From sequence record MT366760.1: a stretch of 64,000 bases of DNA; one strand, written 5' to 3'. Of the stretch, positions 29,547 through 38,510 are shown piece by piece; the stretch's first letter is position 1, and each line of letters opens with the position of its first letter. The position numbers and the translations under genes are program-made. The notes beneath the pieces were generated by a model. That model saw nothing but the letters and a program-made list of their open reading frames with translations, was not told the origin of the DNA and made no database searches.

Positions 29547-31502
29547 TTAATCCGCTGCAATGCCCAATAGTTTCTTACGGTATTCAGCAGAGCTGCCCAT
29601 AAGTTCGTGTAGTTCGCCAAGCTCACTACGAGACGGTGCATTAATCTTGTAGAGTTTACGTGTCTCAGGGTCGAACGCACATTGACGTAGTGCCAACGCA
29701 GACATTTCACCAAGACCTTTCAAGTAGCTTGGTTTTAATTCAACACCCTTCGGAGCTTGTGCACGTATTTCCTTTACAGTATTTCCGAAGTATAGTGTAC
29801 CTTTATGTTCAGCCATGTACTTAGGCAGGATAGCAATGTACACCATACCACGTGTGAACATTTCTGGTAATAGTTCAGCAATCGTAGTCAGTACAAGCGT
29901 GTTGATGTGCCCACCATCAGGGTCAGCATCGGCAGTCAAGATGAGCTTACCACAACGCAAGTCTTTCATTGGATCTTTAGATGACGGGTTGAAACCAATA
30001 GCCGTAAGGATGTTCAATACTTCTTCCGATTCCCAAACTGCATCGCCTTTACCTTGGTCAATGAGTTTAGCAGCGTTAGCGATTTTACCCTTTAGAGCTA
30101 GTGTCTCTTGATAGCGGTATGGTTTGTTCATACGAGCTGCATCAGCAGTACCACCCGCAGAGTCACCCTCCACTGTGAATATTTCACGTTCGTTAACTGG
30201 ACAGTTCTTAACTTCGGTTAGCTTACCAGGGAGCAATGATTTTTGACCACGCTTAGGTTTGAGCTTAGCAGCAACCTTCTTGTTAAGTGCGAACTTGTTC
30301 TTGATTTCACGTAGCTTAGCTGCACGTTCACAAATCTGTTCAGCAATGTCCTTGTGTTTTCTAAAGTACTTAACTAGATAGTTATAAATTTCGTCGTAAC
30401 ACAGTTCTTCGAAACGAGCGTCGGATAAACGTTCTTTTGTTTGGGATGCAAACTTAGGCGTATCAATCTTAAAGTTGATGACACCGACCAAACCTTCGCG
30501 TAAGTCCATTACGTTGTATTCGTGCTTACCCGCGTATTTCTCAAGGGCTTCGGAAATAGCAATGAACGTTTCTTTTAGATGACTACCACCGTTCGAGTTG
30601 TACAAGGTGTTAGTATAACCTTCCACTTTACACCCATCGGCATCGGAGAATGCCAGTAGCATATCAACGTGCTTGGTGCGAAGCAAGATGTGTTCGTCGA
30701 TAATTGGAGTAGCTTTGTTTTCCTTCAACTTAGCTTGAAGGTATTCGGACATACCGTCCTTGTAGCACAATTCAATCTTGTCGAATTGACCTTTCTTACC
30801 ACCGTGAGTTGGATACTCAAGGATGAATTTAACTTTAGAGTTGAAGTAAGCAGACATCTGAGTCCAGTTACGCAAGTCAGCGAGTGGTAAGTTACTACCT
30901 TTATCAAATTGCTTGAGATCCGGTTTGAACCAAATGATTGTACCCTGTTTAGGAACCTTACTACCCATAGCTTTTTCTAAGTCAGTGATTTCTTTCTTAG
31001 TAGCTACGTGAGTATCGCCCGTCATCTTAGCTTTAGCGTATTGGATTACGTACCACTTCTTATTGCGGAACGTATACACATTGAAGAACTCGGATAGTGC
31101 GTTGGTCGCTTTGATACCTACACCGTGTGTACCACGTGAAGAGTCATAGGCACCCGCATCTTTAAACTTCGCACCACCGTGAATATGTGAGGTTACGATT
31201 TCTAGTGCGGTACGCGGGTCATTCTTAGACGTTTTCTCAACAGGGATACCAGTACCATTGTCAATTACGAAACAGTCGTCTGGGATGAATGCACTACCTT
31301 TGTAGGCTCCCGTTACTTTAATGTGACAAAGGTTGTTACGTCCAACCAATGCTTCATCAACACAGTTATCTGCGGGTTCACGGACGATAGTAAACACACC
31401 ATCAGAAGCGGAACCTCCAACATACATTGATATATTATTCTGAATAATTTCAAGACCAGATAGTGCACGGACGGCACTAGCGTCATAACCTTTTTTAGCC
31501 AT
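29547..31502 (-). CDS. gyrB: type IIA topoisomerase subunit B (GyrB/ParE-like)
   Basis: GHKL motifs (E..DNCVDE, DNGTGIP, GTHGVG), TOPRIM VEGDSAGG, LKGK, DADPDG. Confidence 0.95.
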   Translation of the reverse strand: MAKKGYDASAVRALSGLEIIQNNISMYVGGSASDGVFTIVREPADNCVDEALVGRNNLCHIKVTGAYKGSAFIPDDCFVIDNGTGIPVEKTSKNDPRTALEIVTSHIHGGAKFKDAGAYDSSRGTHGVGIKATNALSEFFNVYTFRNKKWYVIQYAKAKMTGDTHVATKKEITDLEKAMGSKVPKQGTIIWFKPDLKQFDKGSNLPLADLRNWTQMSAYFNSKVKFILEYPTHGGKKGQFDKIELCYKDGMSEYLQAKLKENKATPIIDEHILLRTKHVDMLLAFSDADGCKVEGYTNTLYNSNGGSHLKETFIAISEALEKYAGKHEYNVMDLREGLVGVINFKIDTPKFASQTKERLSDARFEELCYDEIYNYLVKYFRKHKDIAEQICERAAKLREIKNKFALNKKVAAKLKPKRGQKSLLPGKLTEVKNCPVNEREIFTVEGDSAGGTADAARMNKPYRYQETLALKGKIANAAKLIDQGKGDAVWESEEVLNILTAIGFNPSSKDPMKDLRCGKLILTADADPDGGHINTLVLTTIAELLPEMFTRGMVYIAILPKYMAEHKGTLYFGNTVKEIRAQAPKGVELKPSYLKGLGEMSALALRQCAFDPETRKLYKINAPSRSELGELHELMGSSAEYRKKLLGIAAD

Positions 31503-31813
31503 TATTGTGTCCCATTTAATTTTTCGTTAGCCATGTCTCGTATACGCTGTTGTACGAGAGGGTCATATTCGGCTAGTTTAGTATGGATCTTAGCGAGCTT
31601 GTCGCTGTTACTCTCGCGCATTGCATCAGCCAGAGCGTCACTTGCTTTTTCGAAGTCTGTACCCTCAACCACTTGCATGTATTGAGCGGGACATGAATCA
31701 TTACCTTGTTCGTAATGACACTTTTTAAACTTCTTAACACCCAGTTCACCACAGAAGTGTTTGCAGTAGAGACACTTTGGAGAATGAATAACAATTCTAT
31801 CTTTGTCCATCAT
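31502..31813 (-). CDS. small Cys-rich hypothetical protein
   Basis: CLYCKHFC..C..C; GGAG RBS before the ATG at 31813. Confidence 0.6.
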   Translation of the reverse strand: MMDKDRIVIHSPKCLYCKHFCGELGVKKFKKCHYEQGNDSCPAQYMQVVEGTDFEKASDALADAMRESNSDKLAKIHTKLAEYDPLVQQRIRDMANEKLNGTQ

Positions 31814-31839
31814 GTACTCCGATAAAAGGTACAAACGAA

Positions 31840-31871
31840 AAAAGCTGACACAGTTTCCCGCATCAGCTTTT
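31840..31871 (-). terminator. intrinsic terminator
   Basis: AAAAGCTGA/TCAGCTTTT stem with U-tract on the minus strand after 31894..32376. Confidence 0.65.
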
Positions 31872-31893
31872 CTCTATTTAACGAGATCGGGTA

Positions 31894-32376
31894 TTAGTCG
31901 TCCCACTCATCTTTCTTGCCGCCTTTCTTGCCGCCTTTCTTTTCTTTGGCAGGCTTTTTGTCAGCCTTTTTGTCTTTCTTAGCAGCCGCTTTTTTCTTAG
32001 GTGCTGCTTCTTCTTCAACGTCTAGCTCAGTAATTTGTGCTAGTGCTGCAGGTACGTGATGTACTGCGCCGTCTACGTCTGTTGCTACGATGAATTCACC
32101 TTGAACTTCGAACTCTTCGATTTCGATTGAAGTGTATGGAGTCGCTAGTTCTTGAACTGCTACGAAACCTGAGTCAGCATCACCGTTGCCTTCAGTCAAC
32201 ATAAGGATCTGTTGGCTTGGGATGAAACGACGGTCGCGTTTCTGAGTACGTGGACGAGTGTATTCAACCAATGCACCGCCTTCATCGTGCTCAATGATAG
32301 TTAAACCTTTTGGTGCGAAACCATCATCTACTACGTTAGCTACGGTTGACATGTAAACGGTAAGTGTCTTTGACAT
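31894..32376 (-). CDS. hypothetical protein with Lys-rich low-complexity tail
   Basis: GGAG RBS; strong codon bias; KKAAAKKDKK tail. Confidence 0.75.
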   Translation of the reverse strand: MSKTLTVYMSTVANVVDDGFAPKGLTIIEHDEGGALVEYTRPRTQKRDRRFIPSQQILMLTEGNGDADSGFVAVQELATPYTSIEIEEFEVQGEFIVATDVDGAVHHVPAALAQITELDVEEEAAPKKKAAAKKDKKADKKPAKEKKGGKKGGKKDEWDD

Positions 32377-32544
32377 GATATGTCTCCAATTTGTTTTTTA
32401 ATTGAGGGTGTAATCTTTCTGTAGTGGTTGGTCAGTGGGAGCTGATCTTGCTACCCACTTTCCGTTGCACCACTACTTTACATTTTTATTCCAAAAGAAC
32501 TCAAAATTAATTTAAAAGACCTTTTGGAGTACTGATACTACTTA

Positions 32545-32551
32545 TTTACAG
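32545..32551 (-). promoter_or_regulatory. CTGTAAA motif
   Basis: Immediately after the GNAT stop, upstream of the structured leader of 31894..32376. Confidence 0.5.
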
Positions 32552-32553
32552 AT

Positions 32554-33033
32554 TTACTTAGACTTCGATGAACTTTCTTTATAAGTCATCAACCAAGCGT
32601 CACCTTCAGCGTCATACATTGGGCACAAGTGATTCTTAGTAAAGCCAATTGCTTCATAAACACCGATAGCTCTTTCGTTTTTATCGGCGACATAAAGAAC
32701 TGTTAGGGGTGCAAAGGTAATCGCGTATGCAGTAAGTGCGTAACCCAAACCAAGTCCTTCCCAATCTTTATGAATGAATAAGCTTAGTAAGTGAGCACGC
32801 TTCTTCTCTACACGTAGCGTCAACATTGCTACGACTTCACCGAGACCAGTGCGAACCAAGTATAAGTCATCACCCTCTTCAATTGCGTCTTCGAGATAAG
32901 TGATGGAATCGAGTTCGGGGTCTTCACGAAGTGTTCGTAGTTCATGAATATCTTCGCGTGAACGGATAACGTCAACTAAGAAACCATGTTCGTCGTTAGC
33001 GTTACCCAATATTAGAGGAATGGGTTGTTCCAT
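32554..33033 (-). CDS. GNAT acetyltransferase (RimI-like)
   Basis: LFIHKDWEGLGLGYAL (AcCoA motif A), NERAIGVYEAIGF (motif B). Confidence 0.85.
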   Translation of the reverse strand: MEQPIPLILGNANDEHGFLVDVIRSREDIHELRTLREDPELDSITYLEDAIEEGDDLYLVRTGLGEVVAMLTLRVEKKRAHLLSLFIHKDWEGLGLGYALTAYAITFAPLTVLYVADKNERAIGVYEAIGFTKNHLCPMYDAEGDAWLMTYKESSSKSK

Positions 33034-33038
33034 GTGTG

Positions 33039-34187
33039 TTACTCCGCATCTAATAAGAAGGTATGGTCACATTGTTTACCTTCGAAGTTAGTAGCAACTA
33101 GACGTTCATTACCGTTCTCGTCAGTTATTACTTTAGCGTAATCAGGTTGGATAGGCATCTTACCTAAACCACCAATACCATCCAAAATGAATGTAGGCAT
33201 TGCAGGACCTGATATCCAACCGCGCAACTTGTGAATGATTTCAAGAGTGCGATGATAGTTAACTTGAATGTGACTATTACCTGGAGCAGGATCCATAGTG
33301 TATACGTAATAGGGTCTTACACCATGTGACATAAGTTCCATGAATAGTTCTTTCAAGATTACGGGGTCGTCGTTGACACCTTTCCATAGTACGCTTTGGT
33401 TACCAACAGGAATACCGCCACGGGTCAACATTCGAATATGTTTGATGAATAGTGGTGTAATCTCCTTCGGGTGATTTACCTGAATATTAACTAGAGTCAC
33501 ATCGTGCTTGTGCAGGATATCTACTAGCTCTTGGTCAATACGAGTAGGAAGATGTACGGGTAGTCGTGTGCCGATGCGTAGGATCTTTAAGTCTGGACGC
33601 GCTTCACGAATCATACCAAGTATCTTATCCAATTTAGCATTCGGGAACATTAAAGGGTCACCACCGGATAGTAGTACGTCTTCAATGTTCTTGTTTTCAC
33701 GTAACCATTCAACACCGTTACGAATCTGAGTCATATCAATATGAGCATCAGGGTCTAGAACAATACGCTTTCTTGTACAATGACGGCAGAGTGCAGCACA
33801 TATTGTGTTCATAAGGAACAGTACGCGCTGAGGATAACGGTGTGTGATAGAAGTCCCTGGGATTTCCATGTGATGCTCACCTAACTGGTCACCTTCTTCG
33901 TGTGGTGCGATGTGTCGTTCTGCTTCAGTCGGTAGGAACTGTAAGCGGATTGGACAATTAGGGTCATTTTCATCCATCAGTTGAGCAAGGTATGGCGTAA
34001 TTGCCACTTCAGACTCTTGGTAGAATGAATCATCAACACGAGGAACATTATTCATCACTAGCTCTGCGTGTCCGTTTGTTTTAAGTCGGCGGTTATAGAC
34101 CTTTGTCCATGGAGTGTTCTCCACGTCGTAATTCATAAGCTCTTCACGTGTAGCGAAAGGAGCCCCTGTCATTGCAAGTAGTGACAT
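33039..34187 (-). CDS. kamA: lysine 2,3-aminomutase (radical SAM/PLP, KamA/AblA/EpmB family)
   Basis: HRYPQRVL, CAALCRHCTRKR, LLSGGDPL, RIGTR, NQSVLWKGVND, PYYVYTMD, PTFILDGIGGLGK (PLP Lys). Confidence 0.9.
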   Translation of the reverse strand: MSLLAMTGAPFATREELMNYDVENTPWTKVYNRRLKTNGHAELVMNNVPRVDDSFYQESEVAITPYLAQLMDENDPNCPIRLQFLPTEAERHIAPHEEGDQLGEHHMEIPGTSITHRYPQRVLFLMNTICAALCRHCTRKRIVLDPDAHIDMTQIRNGVEWLRENKNIEDVLLSGGDPLMFPNAKLDKILGMIREARPDLKILRIGTRLPVHLPTRIDQELVDILHKHDVTLVNIQVNHPKEITPLFIKHIRMLTRGGIPVGNQSVLWKGVNDDPVILKELFMELMSHGVRPYYVYTMDPAPGNSHIQVNYHRTLEIIHKLRGWISGPAMPTFILDGIGGLGKMPIQPDYAKVITDENGNERLVATNFEGKQCDHTFLLDAE

Positions 34188-34240
34188 TGTTCGTATCCTT
34201 GTTGTGTTAGTGGGGCTGCAATGAGCCCCTTATTATCAAT

Positions 34241-36334
34241 TTACAATAATAGTAGTTTAGGTGCAAACTCGTGATTGTGGTCGAATAGCATACCAATATG
34301 AGGTTCTTCACGGAACGCACCGTACAACACGTTCTGTTGACGTGCTACGTGGATGGCTAGAACGTAAGCATCTTGTGGTGAAGTGTCTGAGTAACCTTGA
34401 CCGATACCGTAACGGGTGTTCGAATCTGCGATTGCGTAGTCAGCACCACAGAATGAAGCAGCATCAATCAAGTCGAAACCACAATCGTCTTCGGAGAAGT
34501 AGTTGAATAGTGATCTTGTTACACAGTAGTCTGCTTCACCACCACCGCAAAGCGGTACGGTATAGATAGACACACCACATGAGAAGCGAGCACGCCATTC
34601 AGGGTCGATGTGTTTCTTAGCTTCTAAGTGTTCGAGTACTACGGGTAATGGACGACCCATCTGACGGGTTAGTGTTGAGTTGTTTGAACAACCCATTCTG
34701 ACCATCCATTCAGTGAAGTAAGGAACGTCATCAACTACCATAAAGCTTGCGTCAATCCAACCGAACAGACCATCTACTTCTTTGTGAAGTGAACGCATCT
34801 TCTCGGCTAGTTCTTCTACGATTGGATAGTTTTGAATCTTGGTATCGTGCAGCGTTGTAGTATCGCCACCTTTACCACCCGTGTCATTGTGCATCAGCTT
34901 ATTAACTTCCCACAAGATACACATTGGTTGTACGTGGTCTTCGTTAATCAGGAAGCTAACGTTGAATTCGTTGTCTCCGCGACCTAGATATTGTTCGATG
35001 AATAGCGCACCACCATTCAAGAGGTTTGGTAATGTTAATTCGAAACCATCTTTATCGAAAATATCAATGAAGTGAGTCTTCAGATATTTAACTGCGATCT
35101 TATCCGTTGGGATACGGTCTTTTTTCGCGTGCCAATCTTCTAGGGACTTGACGACGATTGATGCGGGTACGTTAAAACCAATTGCTTCTGCACATTTGTG
35201 ACCGAATACACGGTTACGTTCCAACGCACGGGCGTCCTGAGTATGGAAGTGAGTCAGGTAGTCGAGTAACGGTGGTACAATTTCTTCGTTGTAGCCCAAC
35301 GTTGAGAAGTATTGACCGCGTTCGTAATCACCTACACGTTCCATCAGCTCGATGAATTCAGGGTCATCAAAGTCTACACAGTTAGGTAGTTCTGATGGTT
35401 CGATGTCGGGGAACAACTCACGTAGTTGGTGCATGTTAACTTGAGGAATGGTAACTAGTTGTACGTCAGCAATACCTTCTGAGGTATTACAATTGTAACG
35501 TGTTGCACTAGTACCACCTGAACCTTCTTCTATTCGAAGGTGGACAATTTTATCGCAGTTGATACCGTCTTCTACCAATAGGCGAGCCTGAGCGATGTAA
35601 TCGTATTGCTTGCGTAGTCGAAGTTTCGGCATGTTCTGGGGTTCACTACGTTCATTAACTTCTGCGTTACCAAGAGGCATCATGAAGTCAACGTATTCAC
35701 GGGAATCTAGACCTTGCCAAATATCAACCCATTCCTGAGTGTCATAAATAGGTCGGGATAGCTTGTAACCCGCAAGTACGAAGTTACTTTGATCTTCGTC
35801 ACTTAAATTAGCAAAGAACAACGTAAACATCCCATCATCTTTTTCAACATGTGCCACATGTGAGATATGTGATGTGAGCATCGGTACAAGTTTGGTCTGC
35901 GCAAATGGAATTGAAGGATACGTTGCTTCATCACGTAGCCCTTGGAGTGTGATAAAGTCAGCAGGTTCCATTGGTCGTAGGTTGTAGAGTGGTGAACCAC
36001 TAGACCAACCAGATATCATTTGCTGCGACTCGTAAATAATAGGGTCACCTGAGTGAACGGTGTAGGGTGCCAGACGTTGTTGGTAGATAGTCGGAAAGTC
36101 TGGGATTGTTGATACCCCACCGAATTGTGCAAAGTGGACTACGCAATCTGATAGCCCATTGTTGTAGATCAAAGTTGTAGGGAACTGAGCTAGGTAGTCC
36201 GATAGCAGTGGGATAAAATAATCACCTCTGACGTAACGACCAGGACTGCTCAAGTAATTCGCTGTTGTCACACGTTTGCCTGTGAAGTCTAATTTCTTCA
36301 CCATGTCAAATAGTGGGTTTAATAATGATTTCAT
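34241..36334 (-). CDS. PurD-like ATP-grasp amide ligase with ~330 aa unknown N-terminal region
   Basis: LERNRVFGH, IAVK, FIEQYLG, EVNKLMHNDTGGKGG, FTEWMVRMG parallel the PurD ATP-grasp motifs. Start moved to 36334 (GAGG RBS). Confidence 0.7.
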   Translation of the reverse strand: MKSLLNPLFDMVKKLDFTGKRVTTANYLSSPGRYVRGDYFIPLLSDYLAQFPTTLIYNNGLSDCVVHFAQFGGVSTIPDFPTIYQQRLAPYTVHSGDPIIYESQQMISGWSSGSPLYNLRPMEPADFITLQGLRDEATYPSIPFAQTKLVPMLTSHISHVAHVEKDDGMFTLFFANLSDEDQSNFVLAGYKLSRPIYDTQEWVDIWQGLDSREYVDFMMPLGNAEVNERSEPQNMPKLRLRKQYDYIAQARLLVEDGINCDKIVHLRIEEGSGGTSATRYNCNTSEGIADVQLVTIPQVNMHQLRELFPDIEPSELPNCVDFDDPEFIELMERVGDYERGQYFSTLGYNEEIVPPLLDYLTHFHTQDARALERNRVFGHKCAEAIGFNVPASIVVKSLEDWHAKKDRIPTDKIAVKYLKTHFIDIFDKDGFELTLPNLLNGGALFIEQYLGRGDNEFNVSFLINEDHVQPMCILWEVNKLMHNDTGGKGGDTTTLHDTKIQNYPIVEELAEKMRSLHKEVDGLFGWIDASFMVVDDVPYFTEWMVRMGCSNNSTLTRQMGRPLPVVLEHLEAKKHIDPEWRARFSCGVSIYTVPLCGGGEADYCVTRSLFNYFSEDDCGFDLIDAASFCGADYAIADSNTRYGIGQGYSDTSPQDAYVLAIHVARQQNVLYGAFREEPHIGMLFDHNHEFAPKLLLL

Positions 36335-36336
36335 AA

Positions 36337-37479
36337 TTATGCCTCGTCGCCTAATACTACGACACTTTCTGGAAGTTCCCAACCGTTTTTCTCTGAGTAG
36401 AGCGGTGGTGTTAAGTAACCTGGGTTTTCACGACACACACAGATTGTCGTGTTCGTGTTATTGTCATTTACAATAAGGCGCTTGTATGTCTCGATACTTT
36501 CACCACCTGACACATTGGTACGGCAAGTTGGGTCAAGATAAAGCACTGGATGTTTTGAGTCTTCAATGTAGTACTTGACCATACTACCTAGCATTAGTGC
36601 GCCTACATTGTGGTGTGACTTATCACGAACATTAGCTTGGAAGAACGCGGTTACTTCTTTGTTTTCCGGATTGAAACGATTGACGAAGGAACCAATGGAA
36701 ATGATTTCATTAGTTTCTTTGTCAGTTACCACACAGAACTGAGTAGTACCCTTAGGCATATTGACGACACATGCCCACGCCCACATGGATTGGAGTAGAG
36801 CGTATTCGAATTCTAAGTAATCGGGGTACGACTTACGTAGTAGTTCGATGGTGCGTTCTTGAAGCGTACGTATATCTAGGAAACCACCACCATTGTATGA
36901 ATGAAGGTTACCGTGGAAGTATTCATCAAAGATATCTACGTGGTATCGGTCTTGGTTAAGTGCTTGACGAACTTTGTAACGGCGCTTCTTAGTCAAGGAT
37001 GCTAGGTACTCGTCGAATGTCTCGTGGTTTAAATTAGCCACGGGACTATTCAACCAAAGTAAGTTCTCTGATTTGTATTCGTGTGCATCAGATAACGTCA
37101 CTGTCTCTGTTGATAGCATGTTGTAGCCGTGAGAACCAAGTACTTCGAGTAGTGCTTTGCATGATTCTTCACAAACCAAGTCAGCTTGTGTGTAAGGTAA
37201 ATATGGATGACATAACACGTGTGATAGTGGTAGTTCCCATTCGGAGTCTTTACGTTCAGTACTGTGGACGAATGGACTAGGATTAAAACCCAAACCCGCT
37301 AAACGTCCCTCAGTAATCATAGTAATAGGAGTGTTAAGGGTAGCACCACAATTGAATTGACGTAGGTACGTGTCAAATGTGGAAATAACTTCACTGTTAA
37401 GTTCTGGAGTAAGTGTTGAGGAATAACCATGAAGTTTACACCAGTTGTATAGGTATTCTGTTATTGATACTGTTTTCAT
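36337..37479 (-). CDS. FemAB-like / Acetyltransf_6 GNAT-fold acyl- or aminoacyl-transferase
   Basis: TFDEYLASLTKKRRYKVRQAL signature; VGALMLGSMVKY. Confidence 0.65.
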   Translation of the reverse strand: MKTVSITEYLYNWCKLHGYSSTLTPELNSEVISTFDTYLRQFNCGATLNTPITMITEGRLAGLGFNPSPFVHSTERKDSEWELPLSHVLCHPYLPYTQADLVCEESCKALLEVLGSHGYNMLSTETVTLSDAHEYKSENLLWLNSPVANLNHETFDEYLASLTKKRRYKVRQALNQDRYHVDIFDEYFHGNLHSYNGGGFLDIRTLQERTIELLRKSYPDYLEFEYALLQSMWAWACVVNMPKGTTQFCVVTDKETNEIISIGSFVNRFNPENKEVTAFFQANVRDKSHHNVGALMLGSMVKYYIEDSKHPVLYLDPTCRTNVSGGESIETYKRLIVNDNNTNTTICVCRENPGYLTPPLYSEKNGWELPESVVVLGDEA

Positions 37480-37487
37480 TTTTAGTC

Positions 37488-38510
37488 CTATAGTGAAGTA
37501 CGGTCTTTGTTGTAACCGTGGTCACAAGCTTCAGGGATTAAGTCAAGTAGTTGTTGTGGGATGTCATTGTTGAATTGAATACCCTTATGGTATTTCTCCT
37601 CTTCACACCACATGCGCTTCCAATCATAGTAACCTACACCAAAGTTGTAGTATTTACAACCAAGTGCCTTAGCCAATAAGTATCCGTGGTAGAGTAGTAC
37701 GTTACCAATGTTGTTACCGACAGTACGGCGCGAGAAGTCCCAGTATAATTCTTCACCATTATCAGTTACGGAAAATACGGCGAGACCTGAACAGTCGCCT
37801 AGGTCAATTTCAGCAGTTATCCAACGGTCGAAATTGAATCCAGTGAAGAAGTTTAGGAAAAGTAATTGATCTTCGGATACTGTGTGATGTTTACCCGTAC
37901 TTTCCCAATACTTAAGGAAGTCTTCTTTGTAGCGTTCACAATCTGCGGCAATTTCATCAGTGTGATGTGGATGAGATACTTCTACACCTGCATTACGTAA
38001 TGTCGTAACGTCTACGGCATTGTACGCCTTGTTGATAATTGGTAATTGTGGGGTTTCAACAAGCTTCTTGAATGGGCGGTAGAAGCGTTTTAGGTTTTTC
38101 TCTTCAACGTTCATACGTAATGTCATCAGACCATGGTCGTGAGTAGACATTCCGAATTCTTCTAGGTTGAAACCTTTTGTCCAAAAGTTAACGTAGTCGT
38201 CAGCGGAGGACGATTCCCCCATGATGATTGTAATGAATTTAGTCTTGTCGTGCTCTATTTCATCACGAACAATCTGAATAGGCATTACGTTGTTATGGGA
38301 ATCACGCAGGAACACGGGTTCCGTACATCGGTAGTATTTAGAACCTTCGATTTCTTCGGCAGTTAGATAATAAAGACCACTATAACTAGGAATCTTCATA
38401 CCGCCTAAAGAATCAGTGCCGAGTTTATTAGTGTACCATTGTTGATCTACAACGTGACCGAAAGGTTCTTCAGCAATGTCACCATGTTTATTCATTACTT
38501 TAACTAACAT
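37488..38510 (-). CDS. second FemAB-like / Acetyltransf_6 GNAT-fold transferase
   Basis: IGNVLLYHGYLLAKALGCKYYNFGVGYYDWKRMW C-terminal signature. Confidence 0.6.
   Translation of the reverse strand: MLVKVMNKHGDIAEEPFGHVVDQQWYTNKLGTDSLGGMKIPSYSGLYYLTAEEIEGSKYYRCTEPVFLRDSHNNVMPIQIVRDEIEHDKTKFITIIMGESSSADDYVNFWTKGFNLEEFGMSTHDHGLMTLRMNVEEKNLKRFYRPFKKLVETPQLPIINKAYNAVDVTTLRNAGVEVSHPHHTDEIAADCERYKEDFLKYWESTGKHHTVSEDQLLFLNFFTGFNFDRWITAEIDLGDCSGLAVFSVTDNGEELYWDFSRRTVGNNIGNVLLYHGYLLAKALGCKYYNFGVGYYDWKRMWCEEEKYHKGIQFNNDIPQQLLDLIPEACDHGYNKDRTSL

Noticed and set aside
33039-34187. Simple EF-P modification enzyme (epmB) from a host fragment
   Set aside because: No efp or epmA adjacent; the context is phage genes and deazaguanine enzymes. 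Not excluded biochemically, but not supported here
34241-36334. purD annotation
   Set aside because: Nearly twice the size, lacks a recognisable PurD N-terminal domain, and no purine operon context
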